Source: Tubiluchus corallicola (taxonomy: Eukaryota; Animalia; Priapulida). From it: DNA of 64,000 nt. Under the pieces are notes generated by a model. The model ran no database searches and was not told where the DNA came from. It saw nothing but the letters and a program-made list of their open reading frames with translations. The stretch lies in assembly GCA_030141605.1 (NCBI GenBank), contig JAQGDQ010000142.1, positions 310,001-374,000 on the forward strand, read 5' to 3'. Positions 1-22,920 of the stretch are shown in pieces. The position numbers were made by a program, and so were the translations under genes. Positions within the stretch are counted from its first letter, which is position 1, and each line of letters opens with the position of its first letter.

Positions 1-84
1 GATTTTTTGTCTCCTTAATTTAAGTGCATCCCAAAGGCACAAACATACGCCTTAAAAAAACTACTCAGAATAACCACAGTTATA

Positions 85-204
85 GGCAATTTATACACAA
101 GGTGTTAACTATGGTGTGCCACAAGGATTCAACTTAAGACCATTGTTTTTCTTATCTACATTAATGACACGCCTCTTGTTACCGATTTCATTTTGTTTTT
201 CCTG
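85..204 (+). mobile_element. Degenerate non-LTR retrotransposon (CR1/L2-type) RT fragment
   Basis: Reads GVNYGVPQGFNLRPLFF..(Y)IND, matching the RT motif GVPQGSxLGPxLFxxYIND; frameshifted. Confidence 0.6.
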
Positions 205-680
205 TTGTCTAACCACTTGCGACCACTAGTTTGTTAACTTTACAACAGAAAATTAAAATTTGATTACTAGTTGCAAGTGAGCAAAATTGTCGGGTCAATT
301 TCACCAAAACAAAGTGTAATGTTCATACCATGATTTCTCCACTTTTGACCTCAAAGTGATCTGTATTCACAACATGTCACATAATTCAGAAGTAAATATG
401 AGTCAAGGTCACTAAGCTCTGGTCGCTTCTTTTTTTCTGGTCGATTTTTGCCGTCGCACTACTTTCCTTAGCTGTTGTAACATTCATAGAGCTCTCTATA
501 ATGTATTACGTCACACAACATTTATTCAGTATCTTCTAACAACAAATCTGTTGTACTATAAAATCTTAGAACTGAAATAGATATTTCATTGTTGAATCTG
601 CTTGTTGTTTGCCATAGCCTTTTAGTTTCATAATGTGATCACGTGATGTGCAGTCAGATTGCCTAATAACATCAGAGTAA

Positions 681-815
681 CCAGGAAAAAGAAATGAAGT
701 CGGTAACAATAAGCATATCATTATGTAGGTAAGAAAAAACAGTGGTCCTAAATTGAATCCTTGAGGTACACTGTAGTTAACACCCTGCATATAAAGTGTA
801 GTAACCCGCACTATT
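681..815 (-). mobile_element. Degenerate CR1/L2-type RT fragment, inverted copy of 85-204
   Basis: ORF 566..835 contains GVNYSVPQGFNLGPLFFLTYI. The reverse complement aligns with 85-204. Confidence 0.6.
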
Positions 816-2552
816 TGCTGCATCAAAGTGCACAATCGGGCAATACCGTTCTTATAAATAAAACAGACGTTTAAGTGAGAAAGAGCTGCTCGACTGTACG
901 TTTATATGTTTGACAATAATAAACTATCGCTACAAAAAAGTGTGCGGGCCTTTTTATGTTTATTTGTTTATTGCTTCTAATTTAAACTAAAACGTGCAAA
1001 GCAACAACTAAGAAGTTCGAAAAAATCAATTGCCTTTGTTTGTTCAATATTTATTTCTACACCGTTTAACATCTTTTTAAAAATCTTTTTAAAGAAAGGC
1101 TTTTCATCTGCTTTCACTTCTGTTTTATTTACAAAAATAGATTTAATATTATTTATTGCTGTTGAGCTTTAGTTAAACGATCTTAAACGCTCCATTTTTT
1201 TTAAATATCACATGAAAATAATATTAAATAATAAAAAAAATGTTATTTAATTTCCTAGTAGTCTCAATAATCACAGTTCACATTTATAATTATAAACATA
1301 GTGAGCGCCTCAAACTATATTGTAAAAGAGTATCCTAGCGTTAGAATAAAAATAAGAAATATGCAAAGCAATGCCAATCGACGTCAATTTTAATAGAAAT
1401 TTAAGAACGTAGACAATGTTAACTTCAACAAATCGCTGCAAGGACACAGCTGAACTAATTACAAAAGTCATAATAAGCTTTAGAGTAGGCAACACGCTCA
1501 CGCACACACATCCATATACGCACGCACACATAGTTACGATTAGTTGTAGGTCTCATAATTATGTTACTTATATTGATTTCGGCGTGGTAAATCTAGTAGT
1601 ATTACAGGCCATTTACTTGCAACAGACCTGTCCAGACATAAAGAACATGTGTACTTGTTCAAGCCAAAGATGGGTGAAAAAAGAGCCAACAGAAATTATC
1701 ATGAACAGAGTAAAAATCGAGTTTTTAATGTTGTGAAATTCAGTTTTCAGACTAGTGTGTCGTATAAGTGCCACTAGGCAGCAGTAGTTCATTTCGTTTT
1801 TCGTTGTAAAATTACCGATGTAACTGACCTGATGTAAAAATACACACTCCGAGAAGCGTATTCTGTTTCAACATAGTTTATTAATAAGATGAAGAAATTC
1901 AGCTCACTACACTATGTAGTTTTATGTGATATAAACATTACTAATAAAATAATGCATAATACTGTAATTGCAGCACTACCAATAAAAGTTGTATCAAATA
2001 ATTTCTGTGTGTCTTTTGCATGATAATTAAAACTTGCTTAGTATATTTGAATTTGAACGTAAATTACAATTTGTTTCATATGAACCTGCTCTATCGTTAT
2101 TTATAAGCCATCATGACGTGTCTAGTTCTTGCAAGAGTCTAGAGGCTGATACAAAGTGTAATTGGCGAGATTTCTTTCTTTCACTTAACCTAACCTTCGA
2201 GCCTGTTAACCAAATCAACTCGTCTATTTTGTGGAAAGAGGAAGGCATTATCAATACACCGCAACTAAAAGCATGGTCACGCTGTTAGCACGAGCAAAGT
2301 GAAACTTGGTCATCCGTTTACATGCACGGTCAAGCATGCATGGGCGTTGGTCATTCAGGTAAAGTTTTATCACTTTGAGCGTAGAAATTATTATTTGTGC
2401 AAGAATACAGTACTACAATTTGCGTACTCATGGCTTCATGTTTTCAGGCCTAGTTTTCGTTGACAAGGTTTTTCTGTACGAGTCAATAATTTTGCCTATT
2501 TTCATACACATAGGATTTATCTCAGAGAAGACAGAAAACGAAGCTTTTCAAT

Positions 2553-6652
<4,100 letters not shown>

Positions 6653-7983
6653 GCAAGAAAGGGGAAGGTAGTAAAAGACACAGTAGTTTGATAATCTTTA
6701 CTGATTAGAGTGATTCCATTAAAAGTTTATAAAAATATAATTTTTAGGAAAGCAATTAATGTATTTTATAAATTATCTGCAGAGAATTTACATGAATAGG
6801 CATTGTGCACTTACTTACTAGTGGCGATTATAGTAGGATCAACTTTTGTTAATATTTACGATGATATATATTGTGAGATTAAATAGCGTTATGTGCAATA
6901 ACGTGGAAAATGTATGATTATAATTTTCTAGAATGTGTGTTACACTTTTAAATCATCAATAGTTTAATTTCTAATACAGTTTAATGAAAATACTAGTTAA
7001 ATTTTTAAACTGAGCAATTTTATGTAAAAGTTGTTTTCACATGCTCAATACGTTGTGGCAAACCTAATTTCTCCTTTGCCGTCTTATGATCGGATAGGTG
7101 TGTGAATGCCTTTATTAAATCCTGACACGTGCAATACAATATCCATTGTTATATGTATTATAAACCTATGATGTGTTGTGTATTTCAGTATTATATTGGA
7201 GTATGGACAGCATTGAAAATTTAGTTTATTTTTTTGTTGAAACGTCATGAAAATTTACGAAAATAAAATTTTAAATTTTAACCCTCTGTTTTTGCTGGTT
7301 TTGTGCTATTGCTTCACACCATCTGCTATCTGTGCTAACTACAACAAAAATGAAGAAACAAGAGAAACCGAATGAATGAACGATAAATGAAAAAAGAGCA
7401 AACGTACGAACAAGCGAGGGAAAGAGTGGATTTATGAATTGTCAAGCGATCGGACTGATAACAAATAAGTGAACAAATAAGTCAGTGAGTTGGTCAGTCA
7501 ATCGGTCGATCAATCAGCCAAATTAAAAATATTCAGACTACCAACTAATCAATTAATCAGACAATTAAATGTTCATCATAATTGTACTCTGCTAACTAAC
7601 CACTGAACCAGACAACCGGTGAATACAGTAAGTCAATTAAAAGACCATCCAACGCACTGACTAACTAACCAGTGAATTAACAAATGAATTATTTAGATTT
7701 GGTTGTTGTTGTTGGTGCCTAAATTGTTGCATCATTATGTAAATGCGTTTCAAAAACCAAAACAGGAATTCTACTGAGTAACAATAGTTTTAACAAGTAA
7801 ATTGATGATTATGAATTGGACAAATAGGCCAATAATTCAAAGATTTCTGAGTTAAAGGACTGTGTGAATCAAGAACTGGGAATAAACAAATTAATGTATA
7901 AAGGTAGGCTTAGGTTGACCTTGCGACACAATGCACATGAGAACAACTGAAGACTCGGCAAATAGCTGCGATAAGTATATTAG

Positions 7984-8140
7984 TCAAAAATTTGACTTTA
8001 AACTCTGGTTTGGACTAGAAGTACCATTCCATCCACGCTCCGTCATGGACCTGCACATCAGTTTTACTGCACAGTTACTGTAGTGCAGCAAGATAAACCC
8101 TGCTGTTGTCATGCCCGACCAGCAGCTTTCAATTGTTTTG
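7984..8140 (-). pseudogene. Pseudogenised copy of the sulfurtransferase terminal exon
   Basis: Aligns to 17325-17480: SCWSGMTTAG vs SCGSGMTATG, then indels, then KTDVQVHDGAWMEWYF*SKPE vs KTDVQVYDGAWTEWYFRSKPE. Has a frameshift and a premature TAG. Confidence 0.9.
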
Positions 8141-8186
8141 TATATGTATGTATGCTCGAAACAAAAAGTCACGATAATATTAATGG

Positions 8187-8194
8187 TGTGTGTG

Positions 8195-8226
<32 letters not shown>

Positions 8227-8335
8227 TGTGTGTGTGTGTATATGTGTGTGACAGCTAGAGGGAGAGAAAGAGAGAGAGAGGCAGAGGGGGAGAAAGAGAG
8301 AGAGAGGGGGGAGGGGGGAAAAAGAGAGAGAGAGA
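8187..8335. repeat. Compound microsatellite (GT)n/(GCGT)n/(GA)n
   Basis: Seen directly. Confidence 0.9.
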
Positions 8336-8384
8336 TTTTAATTATTACTAAAAAAATTTATACTAAATTATATATTTTTTGGAT

Positions 8385-9005
8385 TTAATATTTTATTTCA
8401 AACTTCGCAAAGTTCATAAACACATCACAAATTAATACAAATAATACAATAAATCATGAAACACAACAATAACACAAATAACAATTAACTATATAAGAAA
8501 CTACGCCAATGACATCTAATTGCAGAAGTAAAGTTTGCATCACTGTTTAAAATGTTCTTGCATATAAAATTTTCACTCTTATTTAGCCTGACGTATAAAC
8601 TGTATGCACATTTTCTGTGAATAACATCAAAATAAATAAATTAAGTCTAGTAGAAATATGTCTGGTGCTCGTATCATATGAAAAGTTAAACAGCTTCCGT
8701 GTTGATACATTATATACAACCTTGAGTTTGCTAAGATTGTAAGAATAAAAATGTCTCCAAGTGGACATACAATAAAAAGTAGTGCAGTAAGCATTAAACA
8801 ATTGTCTCTTCACGTTAACTGAACAGTGAGTAAATTTCATGAGTAATTTATTTGCTCTGCCATAGTAAATTGAACATTGTCGTAATATATCTAAATCATC
8901 TCTATTGTCATCTGATAAAATATGACCCAGGTATTTTTCCTTTTTACTAGGTACAAAACTTTTACACTGCAAAATAACAGACCCAAAAGTAAACTGCTGC
9001 ATGTG
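8385..9005 (-). mobile_element. 5'-truncated L2-clade-like LINE (RT C-terminus plus 3' tail)
   Basis: ORF 8583..9002 EKYLGHILSDD...RANKLLMKFTHCSVNVKRQLFNAYCTTFY...LKVVYN is typical of the post-RT region of CR1/L2-group LINEs. The tail recurs at 37070-37360. Confidence 0.8.
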
Positions 9006-9044
9006 GGCGGAGCGAAACGTGACAAGTTTAGTCTTTAGGTCCCT

Positions 9045-9054
9045 TCTCTCTCTC

Positions 9055-9119
<65 letters not shown>
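9045..9119. repeat. Compound microsatellite (CT)n(TA)n(GA)n
   Basis: Seen directly. Confidence 0.9.
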
Positions 9120-9694
9120 TACATTAAAAGAAGAAGCAATTCCCCTCAACGATTATCGCAAACTTGCACAGTTCTGACTGTGTTTAATACATTACGAGTG
9201 CCAGTACCTCAATGACAAAGTTTCTTATTGTACATGTGGATATATTCAGTCCTAATATTGGCGTGCATCAACGTAGTCAACTAGCTTTGCAGACGTAGCC
9301 ACTGGATTATAATTTTTACTACAGACCTTTAGAAAGTGGTTTAACCGCGACTCGTGCTGATCAGTGAAGGCCAATTATAAGTAGAGAGATTTGTAGAAGG
9401 TGCTGATTTAATGGAGTTACCACAAACATTGACTTTGAAAATTCACTAGGTGTCAGTGATTCTTCTTGGTCTATGACACGTGATTTGTTTCCGGTCAACT
9501 TATTTGATAGTATCCATTCATCAATATTATCTAGTCCAAAGTCTACACCATATTAAAGATTTGCTATGTTAGTTGTCCACGAGTCAGAAGAAGGAAAACA
9601 GACTGGTTGCATTGGTAAAAAAATGTTGCACAAAAGTCGTTAATTACATTAATGCTAGTTATATAAATAATTCCATTGTTTTCAATCGTTTAGT

Positions 9695-15741
<6,047 letters not shown>

Positions 15742-17324
15742 GCAAGAAAACTCTTTACAAGAAAGGGGAAGGTAGTAAAAGAGAAGGTAGTGTGATCTTC
15801 TTTACTGATTAGAGAATGAGATTGTGAGTCCATAAAAATTTTTAAGAAAGCAATTAATATATTTTATAAACTAAAATAAACTATCTGCAGAGAATTTACA
15901 TGAATTAGGCATTGCGCTCTTATTTACTAGTGGCAATTATAATGGGATCAACTTTAGTTAATATTTACTATGATATATATTGTGAGATTAAATAGCGTTA
16001 TGTGCAATAACGTGGAAAATGTATGATTATAATTTTCTAGAATATGTGTTACACTTTTAAATTATCAGTAGTTTAATTTCTAATACAGTCTAATGAAAAT
16101 ACTAGTTAAATTTTTAAATTGAGCAATTTTATGTAAAAGTTGTTCTCACATGCCCAAAATGTTGTGGCAAACCTAATTTACCGTTGCCGTGTAACGTTCG
16201 GATAGGTGTGTAAATGCTTTTATTAAATGCTAACAAGCGCAATACAACATCCACTGTTATATGTCTTATAAAACTATGATGTGTTGTGCATTTCAGTATT
16301 ATACGGAACTAGGGACAGCGTTGAAAATTTAATTTATTTTTTGTTGAAACGTCATGAAAATTTACGATCGAAAGTAAAAATTACAGTTTTATCCCTCTGT
16401 TTTTGCTGGTTTTGTGCTATAGTTTCGTGTCCTATCTGTGCTAACTACAACAAAAATATTTTTTCATACAACATCTCATTTACATTCGATGTATCATAAC
16501 AACAAATTTTATTTAATCAAAGACAATTGGCTAAGTAGTACAAATCAATAAAAGAAGAAACAAGAAAAGCTGAATGAATCAATGAATGATGAATGAAAGA
16601 AAGGGCAAACATACGAACAAGCGAGCTGAAGAGTGGATTAGCGAATGATCAACTTGACGAACTGCGAACAAATTACTGAACACATAAGTCGGTGAGCTGG
16701 TCAGTCAATCAGTTGATCAGACAAGGTCAGCTACAAGCCAAGTTATAAACATTTAACCGCCAACTAGTCTGAAATAACCAGTCGAGCAAATATTCATCAC
16801 AATTATTGTCTGCTAACTAATCAGTGAACCAGACTAGCAGTGAATGTAATAAATCAGTTAAGAGATCCACAGACCCTCTGACTAACCAACGAATTAACAA
16901 ATGAATTATTTAGATTTGGTTGTTGTTTGAATTATAGCATCATTATGTAAATCAATCATAACAAATCATAACATAATTTCAACAATCAAAACAAAAATTC
17001 TACAGTGTAACAATAATTTTAACAAGTAAATTGATGATTATAAAATGGGTTGGATGATTAGGCAAGTTTCTGAGTTAAGGTATTCTTTGAGTCAATAACT
17101 GGGAGAAAAGAAAAATTAATAACAATGAAAGGATGTTGACACATTAACAAAGTAAACATAGCAAGCTTTTAATACATCAAACACGGGCCTTCCCGCTCAA
17201 TACTCCACAAACAGTTTTTGTCAGACTCACGATAAATGCTTACATTAAAATTGAAATAACTAGTCTCTTTGTTGACAAAGGTCAAAATTTCATGTAATGA
17301 GACAAAAACGTAATGAATAATAAT

Positions 17325-19982
17325 CTAAGACTTGACTCTCTGCTCTGGTTTGGATCGGAAGTACCACTCTGTCCACGCTCCATCGTAGACCTGCACATCC
17401 GTTTTACCGCACAATAGTGCGGCAAGAAAAAGACCCGTTGCCGTCATACCCGACCCGCAGCTTACAACTATTGGCTTGGATAAATCTACACCTTTGGTAT
17501 CGAATATCTAAAAGACAGACATTATTGATCAGAACAAAATCATTATCATTTCTGTTTTCAGAGCCAAAGGTTAACGTTTCGAGAAAATCTCGTTCCAGCA
17601 GAGACTACTAAATTAATAAAACGTTCATAAAATAAACAATAATATAAACAAATCCCAGTAAAATGTGCGAACAAGTATAGACAATTTCCAAAATGCTAAA
17701 GTTTGAATATTATCATCAACATTCATATTTTCGTGAAATTAATTTAGACTATTCCCTATTTTAAGTAATTATAGAAACCAGTGATTATATATTCTCAAGT
17801 TCTCAGAATGGTTAAACAACAAAAGGCAGAAAATTTTTAGCACTAAGAGAAGCACAGAGTCTCTGCTTCTTTTAGAAATGTGTTTTATCCATGCACTGCG
17901 ATTCTTTTAAAATTGCTTTATTCGTATAACGTGACGGTAACATACTACCGAAGCAGTTTAAACAAAAATATCTACGCCAGCCGATAGATGTCTCTACGCG
18001 CTTACTTTTCTCAAAGCATCTACGTTCTTCACTGTTTTAGTTGCAGGATCAAGAATCATTCCAAATGGCACATTCACAGCTCCTGGAATATGACCCGACT
18101 CAATATCTACAAAAAATTAATTTATGGAAACATTTTACTCACTTTATACAACTACATATGCAATTTTTTAATAGATGAACTAGCCTTTAGAAACGTGTGA
18201 ACATATCTACTGATAGTACATGTACTACAAAAGTTATCATTGCAATTTGCTGTTCGCTAGTGAAGTCTAGCGCTGTAAGCAACATACTAATCAATTTTAG
18301 GGCAATGTAATTATACGCATGTTGCCAGGTAATAAATGGCAAACTTTAAAGCGAATACAAGCTATTGATCTAAAACGGACTTTCCTTTGCGGATTACGGC
18401 ATAATAGAATATTCAATGCCAATGTAAACTCACTGCGCATGCTCAGTTGAAAGTATAGCCGCACGTGTGTAGTAAATACAAATAAACTTTATAGTTTCAC
18501 CTATATTATAACTATTTATATTGTAAGCGGAATTTATCCAGATGTAAATGCTTACCCTGGTGCGAGTTTGCGTACATGTACAAGGATGGGCGAGGAATTT
18601 GGAATTTGCCTAGATATTATTATCTTTTTACACTCAAGGTTATAATAATTATTGTACAACTGGTTAGGATAATTAATGACACACGGCGTCCATCTTAAAC
18701 AAGCTTCTCAATCGTTTTCACAATGGGAGATAATTGTTATTTCTTAATTTACTATAATTTTTATGTTCTATAATTAACAGTAAAAGTTAATGAAAATTCC
18801 AGGTGCTGGTTTTCATTATGGAAGTGCTGTAGCTTTACAATTCAGTGAAAAAGTTGATTATTTCCATTAAATTTTCAGGCATTTCAGTTATGTTCCACCA
18901 GTACAAGTGGATAATTTCTGCTGCATTATCAGAGAAGCCAAAACGTACGATTCTTACCGTCTCTTGGCTCAGGAGCTGTTCCGTTAAATCTACCAGGAGG
19001 TCTGGCATCTAGCAGTTGGAATGTTTTTTCCATTATGTTTCTTTCTACTTCCTCGAATGTCTTAACCATTTCCGGTTTGTAGGTGGCTTTGAAAGTTGTC
19101 TTTTTAACCTGAAATGAATTTGCTGTACCCAGCCAACCTTTAACTTTGTAGCCCTACATCATTGTATCAAGGAACAGGCTAATGTATGGTGCTCTGAGAC
19201 ACAAGTTTGTAAACAATTCCCGATTTCTGACGATAAAGTGGCAAAATCTACGAAGTGAGACAATAGTGTGAATTAATACTGGTTCAAAATATTAGAATAT
19301 TTGGTAATAGCAGCTGTACTTCAGATCTAGCAAAATGTAATGTAATGGTAATGAAACGTTTGTTTATTTTAAATGACCAAATTCATTTGTTTTTACCCAA
19401 AAGAAAACGCTCACTAAAAGGGGCTCAAAATTCTAAGACCTCAGACAGATTATAGGATTGATTGTATGTTGACAGTGGCTGTAAAGCAACATCAGCCACC
19501 ATTCTTCTGACAAAAAATTCGCACTTTCTTACCTTCGTTACTCCAGATTCTGTGGGTAGACCTGCCTCCTTCCACTTGGGCAGCCCTCCGTTTAAGATGG
19601 ACGCTTTGTCGTGTCCATAAACCCTGAATGTCCACCACACTCTTTGAGCCGAAAACATTCCCATGTCACTGTTGTCATAAACCACCACCCACGTATCATT
19701 GTCTATCCCCAACTCCTCCACAAACTTTTCAAACTCCTCAGCGGTCGGTAACATGTTGTCATACTTTGAAAACGTGTCACAACAGCCATCGATGTTGAAA
19801 AATACCGCTCCGGGTATGTGAGCCTCTTCGAATTCCTTCTGCGGGTCTCTTCCAGTGATTGGAAATTGCCAGGATCCATCCACAACGCGAATATTGCTTT
19901 CGCTCTTCAGCCTCTCATGCAGCTGCTCAGCTGTTAGCAGAACGTCAGGCATGTTTAGGGATTCACTCTTCACGTGGGTCAT
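17325..19982 (-). CDS. MPST: Two-domain rhodanese, 3-mercaptopyruvate sulfurtransferase-like (MPST/TST family), 294 aa
   Basis: Exons 19982-19533, 19108-18958, 18106-18006, 17507-17325 (885 nt, GT-AG, in phase). Motifs: VVDGSW, HIPGAVFF, RVWWTFRVYGH..LNGG, DARPPGRFNGTAPEPR, GHIPGAVNVPF, active loop CGSGMT (MPST-type CGSGVT rather than TST CRKGVT), YDGAWTEW. Confidence 0.93.
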
Positions 19983-20137
19983 TGAACTATAGAGCAGCTC
20001 TTTACAAGTCAGTTATCAACTTCAAGCACCTCTCACTAGTATAATGATATCGGTCTTATATTGTGCTACAGTTATACTTGTGTGTAATGTCCTCATTTAC
20101 AACTCTCGTCAAGGTTATAGCAGCTAAGCTAACAATT

Positions 20138-20150
20138 TAACGCATGCGTA
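20138..20150. promoter_or_regulatory. NRF1-like palindrome ACGCATGCGT upstream of the sulfurtransferase start
   Basis: CGCATGCG core about 160 nt upstream of the ATG. Motif match only. Confidence 0.3.
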
Positions 20151-20321
20151 GAATGACAGTTTTTGTAGCACAGCATTTCTCTAAGTGCTCTGCTAATTCG
20201 AGTAAGCTTCCCTCGCTGCTCATTCTCAAAGTGCTTTAGATGTTGCAGGCAGCTGAACATTTATATGCAGTATTGATTGCAAAAACACTATAAAGTAAAA
20301 GAACATTACGCACATAAAGCA

Positions 20322-20825
20322 GCGTACAACACAATGTAATGTAGTGCAGTACAATATAATACAACACAAAACAACACATCGCAACGCAACATAACCCAAA
20401 GCAGTGCAACCCGATACAATATACAAACAGAATACCACAACACAACGCAATGCAACGCAGTACAGTGCAACAGCAGATAATACAACACGACGCAACGCAA
20501 CACAATACAACAGAACACGACGTAACAGCAAAACATTCACAATACAATACGACTTTACAACACAAGTTTACTTTACAGTTGTACAATGTAACTGTATCAA
20601 ACCACAGACAACCCTATCATACCATATACTGTCCTACCATATCACACCACACTATACTGTACTATACCATACCATACCATACCATACCATACCATACCAT
20701 TATTCACACTTCGCCAGGCAAACCATATTACAACACAAAAAACCACACCAGCCCACACCGCGCCACCTCACCCATCACCAAACCACAGCAAATCACAACA
20801 CTCTTCACCAAACCACCCCACACTA
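20322..20825. repeat. Degenerate pentanucleotide array (CAACA/CAACG/TACCA/CACCA)
   Basis: Seen directly; accounts for the low-complexity ORFs at 20226-20857. Confidence 0.85.
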
Positions 20826-22659
20826 AGTTATACCCTTTCAAACTTAATACACTGTAAGCCTAAAAAACTAGCGAATAGAGTCCTGAACAGCTGCTCCTGG
20901 TGACTAAAGTCATCAACTTACATTGAGTTTGCTGGCAGGAATGGTATGCGCGAACAAAAGAAGCATCATTAGCTTTTAGGCAGCAGAGGAAAAAGCTTGA
21001 AAAGTTGACAAAAGCCTCATCTTTATTTTCACTTGCCCTTTACACTCCAATGAAGCAAAAAGCAGTAATTCCGTAATTGACATTTTCAAAACACTTGCCT
21101 CTGTGCAAAATCATCACTGCCACGTCTCAGCATAGGCAGAATACTAGCTGTGATATGATATTCAGTTTTTTATCTAACTTTTACTTTCGTTTTCAAAGTT
21201 TTTTGATGCGGTAGACTTAAAATTTCATTCTTGATTTATCTAGTTAATATGATAAGAGAACCTTTATTTGTGATAGATTTACAGGTAATGAATGGTTCAG
21301 ACGGTAAACGTATAGATGTCTAGCCGCGGTTTAGTTTTAGTGATCTAGATACGCCACCACCTAGTGCTTATAGACATAATAGTTAGTCACATTTTGAGAT
21401 AAAACGCAATCAAATAATATTTGGCCGTGAAACAAGCATAAGCACCACATGAATCATTAAAACCTGTAAAACATGAATTTCTGTGATATGTAATAATGTT
21501 GTAATCACCATTATTTTTCTTCAACAGGTAGCGCAGATGTCTACACAATCGGCCGTCAGGTGGTGCAACATTGCGGATATACATGTATCGCAGAAGTTTG
21601 AGCTGTGCCAGAGTTAGTAAGCGCATTTTGTATATTGTTTTGAAGCAGCTTTAGTAGGTGGCGACATCTAGTAGGGAACAAGCAGGGAATTCAAAGAATT
21701 TTTTGAGAACCGCTTACAATGTTAGTGTCTAAATTTTAGCGGTCATTTTTGTACGCATCTCCCATATTACCAAAACAACGGACAAACCGTAGACAATAAA
21801 AGTATCATAATTATGATAACAATGATGAGCAGATGAGGACATCTATGAGCACTGCGGCTGCCAGTATCATCACCAGGACAGTGGTGAGTGCAGAAAAATG
21901 TGATATCAGTATAGAGGCAAAGGGGGTAGTGGCCAGTTACGGTGTGGCTTGGCTTTACAGCTAGGCGGTGCTAGGTATAGTTTGTAAATGAATGTGGACA
22001 AACTGAAAAAACTGAATGTAGTGCTAGTATAGGGAAGAACTGCCTTTTACGCGGTGCCTTCACTTCCTCCTCGGGTAATTTCTCTCGTTGTGGGAGGGTA
22101 TACGCATATCCGAACAAAAGACATCTCGGTCAGTTCATTGTCTTATAGTGATGATTATTTCTTCGTAATGAAACAAGCTCAGATCCAGCCATAACTGATG
22201 GCGTTAAGCAGGTCGTACCGTTAAGTGTAGGTAGTGGCATGCAGTGTGTTATCTACAAAAACTGAAATATTTATTCTTTTATCTATAGCTAGAATTTTCA
22301 GGAATATTAATAAACAACAAACAATTATTTCGACTTGATGTATGTAAGAATGAGCAGCAAATTAGAAGATATTAATTTTATCTTTCACCAGTATGTCAGT
22401 ATTTTTAATTTTTGTACAAAGCACGAAGTTACTAGCCGTCGTAATTTTTTTAAACAACAATAAATGTGTCTCGCCAATGTGGTGTATATATTGCAGTGTT
22501 ATGAGAATTGCATTTTAGAAAACTAAATGAACATTCTGCGATTAAATTTTGCAATTTAAAAAGCTGTTATGAGGGAAAATGGCTTGCTTTACATACAGTT
22601 CGATCCGTTTGTTTCAGTCGAGAATGATCATCTAAGAACAAATAAAAACAAGTTCAACT

Positions 22660-22721
22660 AATGGTAATGATGATACCGATGATGATGATTATGACTATGG
22701 GGATAACGACAATGACGATGG

Positions 22722-22754
<33 letters not shown>

Positions 22755-22920
22755 CCACGATAATGGTGACGATGATGCTGATGATGCTACTACTGAAGAT
22801 GGGTGTGTAATATAGATAGTCTATCGTCGTTATTGTCGTTTCATAATTATAACCATCATCATCATCAGCAACAGCAGTATCATCACAGTCACCCCCATCC
22901 TCGTCGTCGTCATCATCATC
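22660..22920. repeat. (GAT)n ... (CAT)n inverted trinucleotide tract
   Basis: Seen directly. Confidence 0.85.

Noticed and set aside
17569-17606. Penelope-type minimal hammerhead on the minus strand (stem CGAGA-TTT-TCTC, GAAACGTT)
   Set aside because: The core reads CTGCTGG instead of CTGANGA and there is no convincing stem I; at most a dead remnant.
20226-20857. Overlapping Cys/Val- or His/Thr-rich ORFs
   Set aside because: Translations of a pentanucleotide repeat array.
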